In this document: piece by piece, positions 27,068 through 36,764 of the stretch
Numbering within the stretch: the first letter of the stretch is position 1
Layout of the letters: each line of letters opens with the position of its first letter
NCBI RefSeq assembly: GCF_018977255.1
Contig: NW_024704745.1
Span: 55,242,001 to 55,306,000 of the forward strand
Direction of reading: 5' to 3'
Origin: Callorhinchus milii
Lineage: Eukaryota
DNA length: 64,000 nt
Notes under the pieces: generated by a model
Told to the model about the DNA's origin: nothing
Databases searched by the model: none
The model's input: only the letters and a program-made list of their open reading frames with translations
Translations under genes and position numbers: made by a program

Positions 27068-27280
27068 ATACATTACAATTTACATTTATGTAGCTCCTTT
27101 CACATCAGGACAATGTCTTGAAGTGCTTAACAGTGGGGTCCTTAACAGTCCTTAACTGGGCTCCCAAGATGGGGGTAGAAGCCATAGGAGTGGGAGGGGA
27201 AAGAGAAAGGTCTTGAGACTGACGTTTAACAAGGTGAGGGAAGGATCGAGCAGGAGGAACTCCAGGATGGAGTTCCAGAG
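27068..27280 (-). mobile_element. L2 LINE 3' end fragment (degraded)
   Basis: Tail motif plus ggatggagttccagag and gaaaggtcttgagac, shared with other copies. Confidence 0.6.
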
Positions 27281-27481
27281 GGTTCTTTGTTCCTTCCAGG
27301 GATGCTTGTTCATACATCAAGAATGATCACATGGAACAGATATCATAGGCTTGCCAGTTTTCACAGAAAATACTCCCTCCCATAAGAAATTTGGAGCTAA
27401 AAAAGTTACATCATTTGCTATTATTATCCAAAGTACTACCCAAAAATAACACCCCAAAATACCCAATCTTGAATATTGCAT

Positions 27482-27888
27482 TATAATAATCTTTGCCTTT
27501 ATGTCACAAGAATACAAAGTGTTTCACAGGATTTATTGTGAAGCATAGTGACCGACTGTATTTTGTGGGTCAGCACATCAGCCAATTTGTGCGCTTCAAT
27601 GCCCCATAAACAGCCATGAAACGAATGACCAATTTTATCTGGGGAATTGTTGGCCAGGATAACCGGAGAAACTCCCTTCTCTTTTCCAGCAATGCCGTGG
27701 GATCTTTAATGTCCACCTGAACAGGCAGATGGGACCTCAATTTAACGTCTAATCTGTAGGATGGCACACTCTTAGCACTGCACTGAAGTGTCAGCATAAA
27801 CTATTTGAATTCAAACTCCCGACGTGGGGCTTAAACCCCACAACTTTCTGACTCAGAAGCGAGAGTGCTACCAACTGAGCCAAGCTGA
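27482..27888 (-). mobile_element. DeuSINE, long family (SacSINE1-like), full-length old copy
   Basis: Head TCAGCTTGGCTCAGTTGGTAGCACTCTCGCTTCTGAGTCAGAAAG. Central ACGTTAAATTGAGGTCCCATCTGCCTGTTCAGGTGGACATTAAAGATCCCACGGCATTG matches the Deu domain as I recall it. L2-like tail. Confidence 0.8.
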
Positions 27889-28309
27889 ATTATTAAGTAC
27901 TTCCATATTCTGCAATAAGTTTTACTTTTGAATCTATTTTGAATACTTGAATACCTTGTTATCAATACAATGCTCAATATTATACACAATGCAGCTCAGA
28001 AGGTGACTATTTATTTATTATGTGCCTTGTAGCTCCCTCAATGGAGCTATCTACTCTAATCCCATTTTAACCATTTATACTTTAATTTTAGCAGTTTAAT
28101 CCCCTTTTAAATGTCATAATTGGTTTAGCTACAATAGTTACCTGTAGTATCATGTTCCACATCCTTGTGATCCCTTGCATAAATGCACTTCTCATAACCT
28201 CAATTTTTATGCTTCATATGAAACAATGAAACTCATCCTCAATCATTTGCTCTCTTACAAGAAGAAAACTGAAGAAATCTTGATTCAGGATTTCTACACA
28301 AACACTCAC

Positions 28310-28463
28310 CACTTTCAGGTTCCAGAAAAAATTTATCAGAGCCAGGTCCATGCAAAGAATATCGGATGTCTCCATTTGCCCCAATGTCTGCATCCTGAGC
28401 ATGAATCTTTAGAATAACTTTATTTGGTGGCAAATCTTCTGGAAATGTCTCTGTGTACGTGAC
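28310..28463 (-). CDS. FAT3: FAT3-type cadherin exon F (154 bp, phase 0-1)
   Basis: Acceptor attgcag|GTC ACG and donor AGT G|gtgagt. Encodes VTYTETFPEDLPPNKVILKIHAQDADIGANG...FFLEPES. Confidence 0.94.
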
Positions 28464-28517
28464 CTGCAATTAATTGAATGCAACACATTTTGTCTTAGCT
28501 GGAGTTAGACATGCTAG

Positions 28518-28877
28518 CACTCTTCAGTCTTGAGAAGACATCTCAGAGGGAACTGTATTGAGATGTGTATCATTTTAAATGTGGTTGAAAACGTAAATGC
28601 AGAACAATACTTTAGAATGCACCAAGTTTGTAGAACAAGAGGGCATAGGTTTAGAGTTGCAAAGAGCAATTTCAGAAAAGACACCAGGAAGAATATATTT
28701 ACTCTGAGGGTAATTAATGACTGGAACAGGTTGTCAGAAAGAATGGTTGAGGCCGGGACACTGGACTCATTTAAAAAGCAACTTGATGTTGTGATAGGAG
28801 AATAGTAGGATGGGTATTCTGGAAGGATGAGATCAAATAGATCGAAGAGTCTTGTTCGTCCAAACCAATCTTGTGAG
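28518..28877 (+). mobile_element. CR1 3' fragment occupying most of the 492-bp intron between exons E and F
   Basis: Reads RRHLRG...RTRGHRFRV....FRKDTRKNIFTLRVINDWNRL...SFKKQLD; ends aatcttgtga. Confidence 0.8.
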
Positions 28878-28955
28878 TTCAGATTTCAGTTATTGAAAAT
28901 ATTTATGAGAATACGAAGAGAGAGGAAGAGTGTCTTTTTGTCTTGCTAATTGTAC

Positions 28956-29152
28956 CTGGTCACAGACTGGACTGTTATCATTGGCGTCCAACACTCGGAC
29001 CTCGACCATTGCTCTCGAAACAAAAAGTCCATCGGTAGCTGTAATATTCAGCAGGTAAATATCTTGCTCCTCACGGTCTAATTGTCTCTTCACATAGACC
29101 TTCCACTCATTCTGAACCAGGCCAAGGGCAAACTTTCCTTTTGGATTTCCTC
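28956..29152 (-). CDS. FAT3: FAT3-type cadherin exon E (197 bp, phase 1-0)
   Basis: Acceptor tgtttag|GA GGA AAT and donor GAC CAG|gtacaa. Encodes [30 protein letters not shown]...[11 protein letters not shown]. Confidence 0.94.
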
Positions 29153-29227
29153 CTAAACAAAAATAGCAAAAATGCAAACCTTGTAAACATCATGGTGATA
29201 ACAAGCAAATTCAGTCATCTCTGAAAC

Positions 29228-29400
29228 TGCTCACTCCTACAATATAATTACCCTTGCATTTGATATAGCGCCTCATCACATCTTCGAGATGTCTCAAAGC
29301 CTTCACAGAATATACTGTAAAGTGAATTGATTGTATATTTTGTGGACAAAACATGGCAGTCAATTGCGCACAGCAGTGGCCTACAAACAGTCTTGGATTG
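29228..29400 (-). mobile_element. DeuSINE 3' fragment
   Basis: cttgcatttgatatagcgcc...cttcacagaatatactgtaaagtgaattg...caattgcgcacagcagtg. Confidence 0.75.
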
Positions 29401-31277
29401 ACTGTCAACAAAATTAATGAAGCTGTTGTGTTGAATAATACTGAGCATAAGGTTATTTTAGAACAACAACTTGCATTTAAATTGTGTCCTTCATGTGCGG
29501 TAGCATCTTGGAGTGCTTATTTTACTAACACAATTGCACCCAAAACAAATAGTTCTGAACAATAGATTTTAAAAATATTTTTGGATCATACTTTTCACAG
29601 ATATCTGTAAGCTCTATGTGCTGAGTTATATTAATTTGAAGAAGACATAATGTATCAAATACTTCAGTCTACCAAGATTCAAGAAAATGTTTTGCTGCCC
29701 ATGATTCTGAATACTATTTTTTTTAGAAAAAAGGAGTGAGATTCAGATTTTTACTTTTTGCTCTTTATGGTAAGTGAAGTCAAGCACATCAAATTAGTTA
29801 TTATAGCACTTTTCGCGAAGAATTTCTGAGTGTTTTAAAGGTGGAATTAAGAGCTCCAGCTGGGTGGGAGATTCACAGAGGAATGGGGGAGATAACTGAA
29901 GCACAGTCAGAGATGGGTTTCCACATAATTTCCTGCACATACACAGAAATCAGTGACAATCTGAACATTGGCCATTTTTGTGTGCTGCATTACATTCCAG
30001 TGAGGAGCTAGCGTGTCCTTGATCTGTGTTGAAAGTGCTTGAAACACGATTGTATTTGTAAAGGTCAGTGGGATCTAATTTGTGGCATTTCTTGACAGGA
30101 TTCCTTAATATGGTTACCAAGTGGGTAAATGGAAATTTCTTCAGTAATTTTAGGTACATCACCCCATCCTAAAGAAAACTTCTGCCTTGATCTATTTCTG
30201 AAATGGAATACCAATGGGTTTATTGGAATTCTAATGGGTTGCCTTAATAAGGAATTAATGAGGGATTCATCATTTAGCAATCTGCAGTGAGGAATGTAAA
30301 ATTAGATTTCTTTAAAGTAATTTATTTTTCTGATTAAATGGGAAAATAAAACTAGACATGATCAATGCGTTGTTGCTCTTAATTCTGAATCATAAGTGCT
30401 ACCAGTTCAATTTTTCTACAGGCAAATTTTAACTAGCTCACTGAACCGTTAAACGGACATTCAAAATTATGTTGAGTAATTCAAAGAACGTGATACAAAA
30501 GCAGATTAAAGTAAAATGAACAGTTTTCGGATACAGCTATTATTGGGAAGTGTAGGGGTATCCCCACATTAAGGTGTTGGGTGAGTTTGACGTGTTGGGA
30601 TTTCCATGGACCAGGAAACAAAGTGTTTTGGTCATAAACGTTTCATTATTTTACCAAAAGCATTATCATAGTGACACAGGTGCAACCTTAGTGCGTGGTT
30701 TATTAGTACCGTTCAGAAACATTTACAAAACACAAGAAGATACATTAGTATTAAATAGCCCTCAAGGCTAGACATTCAAGAGACATTTTGGCGAGATAAT
30801 GTGGCAATTATTTCACATTCATCATTTCAAAGAGCTCACAAGAAGGAGAGGAAATGAGACAGAACAACCTTTCATTAAACTGAAACTGACATCGAACCTT
30901 GCACTATTACTTTTTTTAATCATTGAACTCCTTGGGCATCTTTCGTGGCAAAAAGACACAGTTTCCATTCTGAAGGGAGAAGGTTAAGAGCAATTCCACA
31001 CATGCAGGGCAAAACTGCAGAATTATATCACACATTGCAATTTTCATAAGTCTTGATAGAATTAGCAAGGAGGATTTTCTGCATAGTGTTCCTCCTTTTA
31101 TCTTTTATTCAACATCTCACAAGCCAGGGATTTTTGCCCTTATCTCCTAGACACTCACTAGCTTCAGAGTAATTCAGATTAGAGAGGAATTTTTACGTAG
31201 ATGTCCTTTTCTATCCAGACATCTATAATTTGACTAGGCCAATGAAGATTCAAGATAAACCATTGAAGCATTAAGTA

Positions 31278-31361
31278 TACACGCTTTAACACTGAAGACA
31301 AGGAACTACAAAATCATCCTACACGCTTTAACACTGAAGACAAGGAACTACAAAATCATCC
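31278..31361. repeat. Perfect 42-bp tandem duplication
   Basis: tacacgctttaacactgaagacaaggaactacaaaatcatcc occurs twice, head to tail. Confidence 0.95.
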
Positions 31362-31473
31362 ATTCTAATCACAAACCCATAACCCACTGCACTGCAGACT
31401 GTAACCTTTTGTAAGAATTTACTAAATAACCTGCTAACAAATTTATGTTCTGTAAATAATTTTAAAAAATCTA

Positions 31474-31720
31474 CAATACAATATAAATTTATAATATATA
31501 GCACCTTTCACATCAGGAGGACATCCTAATGAGCTTGACAATTCTGTCTGAGCACTGGGGTGAGAAGGGGAAAGATAACCAAAATCACGGTCAAAAAGGT
31601 AAGTTTTGAGGTGAACTTTGAAATACAGGAAGGGAGTATATTGGAGGGATTTGTGAATGGAGTTCCAGAAAGCAGGCCCCAAGTGGCTGAATGCTCAACC
31701 AGATGGTGGGGTGGATAGAG
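31474..31720 (-). mobile_element. L2 LINE 3' end fragment
   Basis: gcacctttcacatcaggaggacatcc tail and atggagttccagaaagcaggccccaagtggctgaa. Confidence 0.7.
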
Positions 31721-32084
31721 CAGTAATAAATCTATATTATAAAGTATTTTTTAACAAATGTCTTAATTAGTTATAACTAAGCTTAATTACTTATAACTAG
31801 TTATAAATCAACTCTGTAACTACCCTGCATGAAGGGCACTATATAAATACAAGTTGTTGTTATTATTATTATAACTACACTGCCTGTGGTAGTAACTCTT
31901 TTCACTGTCCCCCCCACCACCCGAATGTTACAATGATTGGGTCTGAAGTCAACATTAAACTTGCAAACATATGGAGTGCAGCCTTTGGGAGCCATTTATT
32001 GGATTGCTATCTTAACTCGACTCCAAAAATTGAATTAAGAATAGAAGCAGGGACATTTTAACTTGTACAAATCATTTTTTAGAA

Positions 32085-32530
32085 TATTGAGGCCAGTTTT
32101 TGTCACAGTACGTGAAGAAGGATTTCAGGTTTAGAAAGGTTGCAAAGGAGGTAGGAATAACACAAGGGATGAGTGGTTTGACCTTACCAACTCTCCTGGA
32201 ACAGAGAAGGATGAGGACCTAATAGAAGTTTTCAAGATGATGAGGAATTTTCATAGAGTAGAGTGGATAAAATTATTTCTGATGAATCAGTAATTAAGAG
32301 AGTATCAATTTAAAATAAGGAGGAAAGGAAAGATACGCTCTTTTTATAAACACAAAGTTGTTAGGATGTGAAATGCTCTGCTGGTTGTAGTGGTTGAGGC
32401 AGGATTCATATTTGGTTTTTGAAGAGGGAATTGGAGAGATATCTAAAAAGCAATAAATGGGACTGAATGGGTTGCTCTTTCAAAAAGCCAGCACAGATAT
32501 GATGAGCCAAATGATCTTATGTGCTGTAAA
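32085..32530 (+). mobile_element. CR1 3' fragment (degraded)
   Basis: gacctaatagaagttttcaagatgatg...gtagtggttgaggcag...gccagcacagatatgatgagccaaatg. Confidence 0.65.
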
Positions 32531-33152
32531 GATTTCTGGTTCCAAACCTGAGCTAAATCCACATAGCTTGCCATTGCTATTAACTGGAGAATTTAGTACT
32601 TCGCGCACATCACTCCGACCCTAGGGCTTCACTGTCTGAAAATGCTGAGAGTTGAATTGGCATTTTTGTGAGAAGGTGTCATATGCTTCCAGATTTCTTG
32701 ATTTAAAAAATGCTACAAAATTGACTCCCTATATTTACTCGTCTGAAGATAATAAAGCTGTGCTGATTTTCAATGGTGAAATAGACTGCTGACTGATTTC
32801 TGCTTGCTGTTTGGGATTTAATTTTATCTTTAAGTGAAATCAATTGGCCGGAAATGCTGCATATAAAATGCACTCATTCTATCCGGCAATGTGCAGCAGT
32901 TCATTCAATTTTTGATTATGTCCCAAGGTCTAAATACTTTCACTTGCAATGACCTTATTCTACTGGCGCTTTCGAAATGAATTTATACCCAATAGTTGTG
33001 TCATTCAGACTAGAATGCCATAGAGTTAAAATGCCACCTGAGCCTTGATTTACTCTGTGTACCATTTCAGAAGATTCTTAATTACAGCCTTAATTTTGAA
33101 ATTACTTACTGTAAATTATTTTAAGAACTACTGTAAAATAACTTCATAGGGG

Positions 33153-33376
33153 TTTTATTTGGGTAGCTGAGTGTCTGACTCATGCATCAACATGATTAAG
33201 CGTATCCAAACCAGACAAATGCATGCCACCTACACATGGAAATTCCCATTAACAGGAATGGAATGTACACTCTCTCCAGAGAGACACATTCCGCTTACGT
33301 AATTCTGGGGAATATTATGTGCAGAACCAAGGCTTGGGGAGAACCAAGGCTTGGGGACCCTAGAGCGTGCTGGAGT
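33153..33376 (-). repeat. Unclassified A-tailed interspersed repeat copy, containing a perfect 17-bp tandem duplication at 33323-33356
   Basis: Homologous to 63068-63295; agaaccaaggcttgggg occurs twice in tandem. Confidence 0.65.
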
Positions 33377-33395
33377 TTAATCAGCTAATACCACA

Positions 33396-33684
33396 TACAA
33401 TATAATACAAAATTACATTTGTACAGCACCTTTCACATTGAGAGGGTCTCCCAAGGCACTGGACAGTCAGGGATTTGAACCCAAGCAAGAGGTTGGGATC
33501 AGGGAGGGTGGAGGCTGAAGCTGCGGTTAAAGAGGAGAGTCTTGATACATGCATTGAAGGAGGCAAGGGAGGGAACAAGGCGAAGGGAATGTGGGATGGA
33601 GTTCCAAAGGATGGGGGCAGAGAGGCTGAAGGCCCGACTGCCGATGGTGGGGCGGGCTGGGCGGAGTACGTGGAGCAGGCTGCC
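33396..33684 (-). mobile_element. L2 LINE 3' end fragment
   Basis: Reverse complement is closely similar to 9863-10173 (RPTIGSRAFSLSAPILWNSIP). Confidence 0.8.
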
Positions 33685-34374
33685 TAGAGATTTGAGTAAC
33701 ATCATGCTTGCCTCAGTATAGTATCTACACTTATCTGCAGTATCTTCCTCACCATTGGAGGAGCATGGGTGGAAACAGAATTGATATTTAAGTGGTTTGT
33801 TTATGAACAATTTTCGCTCAGTGGGACTGTTAAGACAGTCATCAATCTTTAGAGATAAGGTGCCCTGTGTGGAATTTCATTCATTTCCCCACCACCACAA
33901 CCACCACCATGCATTTAGCTTCAGGGTTAAATGGGGTGAGCCACCTGTATGATGCTTATATTTGAAAAATTTCAAGATTTCTTCAGTTAATATACATAGA
34001 TGCTGTTCGTTTTTCATTCTTCAATGGTAACTGGTTACATATTCTTCTGACCAATATTCATATTTGGCAGTGGTGTTAGTGGGAAGAGGGAACCCAATAA
34101 TATCTCTCTGGTCCACTATAGAGATTTTACTGCCAAAACTTGTGGTCAAAACCTACTTCACTCTTGGTTCAATTTTCAGATTATCACATTTTATGATGAG
34201 AGTTACAGGCTGAACCTTAAAGGTTCAACAAAACAAACCCATGTAACAAGATTGCATTTGATTTAGCACGTTATTACATAATAAGTGTTTCATGGTCTCA
34301 AAGTTAAGATCATTGCATTTAAAATAAGGTCAGATGCAACAATACTCTTAACATTGATACCATGAAATATTATT

Positions 34375-34743
34375 ATAATAACCATTTTTGCATTTGATAT
34401 AATGCCTTATCACGTTGTTGAGACATCTCAAAGCGCTTCCCAGAATATATTGTGAAGTGGTGTGACTGAAATTCAGCAGCCAATTTGCACACAGCAATGT
34501 TCGGAATCAATGAACAATTTTTCCTGGGATATTATTGGCCAGGACAGCAGAAGAAACTCCCTTCTCTTTTTGAATACTGCCATGGGATCTGTAATGTTCA
34601 CCTGAACAGGCAGAGGGGACCTTGGTTTAACATCTTGTCCGAAGTACAATAACTCCAACAATGGCAGCATTGCATTGGAGGGGGGCTTGAACTCACAACT
34701 TTCTGACTCAGAGGTGAGAGTGCTAACAACTGAGGCAAGCTGA
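34375..34743 (-). mobile_element. DeuSINE, long family copy
   Basis: Aligns with 27482-27888 over head, Deu core and tail. Confidence 0.78.
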
Positions 34744-35669
34744 TAAAGATTTCTGACCTCAGATATCAGCCCTACAATAGTCCTAGCCATCAGTATTACT
34801 GGCTAGGGCCAAACTTGTAAAGCTAACCATCAGCAGATAAAATGATAGAATCTTCATCCGCTTGATTTGAAAGTTTTCTTTAATTTTACAATTGTGCGAC
34901 TGACTAATCGGCTGGCTAGCTGTTTTACTATTAAACTGAATGCAGATCAAATCAGGCTGCATTTAACTTTTGGAGAATGATACCTTGCTGCATGTATTTC
35001 TGGCACATTGCTGTCAAGATGCCAGATAGTGTCATCACAGCAAATGTCATTCCACTAAATGGGATTTCTTCTAGTTCAATTAAAAGACAAATAGAATTAC
35101 CTATGTAAAATGTGAACAGACTGACATTGTAAAAATAGCACATTGCAAATCCAATATGACCATTGAAGTGAATGACATGTCAATGGCCATCTGAAACAAG
35201 ATTTTATAGGCGTTAAAAGGCACTCATCATTTTTTGCTGCAATATGATCCAAACACCAGAATGCCTCATTAAGTGAAACGTACCATATTGGCAGTGTACG
35301 TTCCAGTCACTAGAGGGTAACACTGGCAGATGGTACCATCCCAGCTGTGACTCCTGTCATACTTGAATAACCTCTTCTCTGTTCTCTTCATATGTATTCC
35401 TCCAGTGGGGGAATATAAGTCAGGCTTCTTAAAGGACAACTCTGTCTCGTACATAATTGGAGCAGGCAGGTCATTGCTTTTAATCTGAGTGGGATACTCC
35501 CACTCTTCCTCCAATTTACAATTCCCAACACCTGGAACTGTTGTCCAACCATCTGACAATAAACTACACATCTAATTATAAATGCAAGGCTTAATAAGTT
35601 AATCAGGACACATTAGAGAGAGAAAGAAAACAATTTTAAAGCAACTAATCACATCAAAACAGCTAAAGT

Positions 35670-35975
35670 ACTTCACAATAGTTACTGTGAGTTTTTGTAG
35701 ACAAATGTAGCAGCCACTTGTGCAAGAAAAGCCCAACAAATTACCGAACGTGAATTAATTTGGAGGATTGTTGACCTGGATACCAAGAGAAATTCCTTTC
35801 TCTTTTTGAATAATGTCACAGGATCTTTTACGATACGCTTGAAAAAGCAGACAAGACCTTGGTTTAATGCTTCATCCAAAGTACGATATATGTGACAAAT
35901 CAGAGTTCCTGCATTAGAGTGTTGACCTAGATATGAGTTCAATTTTTCATGTGGAGCATCATCTAAGCCAAACTG
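35670..35975 (-). mobile_element. DeuSINE, long family, degraded fragment
   Basis: ggatctttta...gcagacaagaccttggtttaat motif is shared with the 27482 copy. Confidence 0.6.
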
Positions 35976-36211
35976 ACAGAGCTAACCCAACTGTGTTGAC
36001 ACTATCTTGGCAAGATATACCATGTTGATGCAAATAGAAGGGTGTTTTGCCCTCATTCTAGACTCTTTTGCAGGTTAGTGATAGATATATTCTGCAATCT
36101 TGAGGCAATGCTCAAAACCCTACCCACCAAGCATGTATTGGTCTGAAAATATTCACCAGCACAAATCACAGCACTGAACAAAAAGCATTCAGAAAGCATG
36201 GATGAACACTG

Positions 36212-36524
36212 AATAATAATAATCCTTGCATTTGATGTAGCGCTTTTCACATCAGGAGGACGTCCCAAAACGCTTCACAGAACACACTGTACAGTGAATT
36301 GACTGTATATTTGTGGGCGAACGGGGCAGCCAATTGCGCACAGCAATGTCCCACAAACAGTCGTAGATTGAAAATGACCAATTTATTATTGTTTTTGGTT
36401 TTGGAGGGATTATTATTAGGCGTGTGGAGTAAGGAAACTTGCCCAAGGTTTCGCCCTGCCTGGAATTGAACTCAGGTCTCTCGCTTGCAAAGCGAGTGCT
36501 CTAATCACTGAGCTACAGGACTCC
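36212..36524 (-). mobile_element. tRNA-derived SINE, short family, young full-length copy
   Basis: Reverse complement is near-identical to 24197-24516. Confidence 0.93.
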
Positions 36525-36764
36525 ACAATGGATTTGAGTTGATCAACCTATGTTAAACAAAAGATAACAATGAATGGGTTCAATTGGGTTAACTCCACAT
36601 GAATTAGTCAGTCATTATTTCTATATAACTATACGACTACAGCAACAACTTGCATTTATATACCACCCTTCATATAGGACAGCGTCTCAGAACGCTTAAC
36701 TATAACAAATATGCAATTTGACGATTCCATACAAATTTATATTACACTGCTCTTTTGGTCTTAC

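Noticed and set aside
31278-31361. CRISPR-like direct repeats
   Set aside because: Two abutting copies with no spacer, no cas genes, in a eukaryotic intron.
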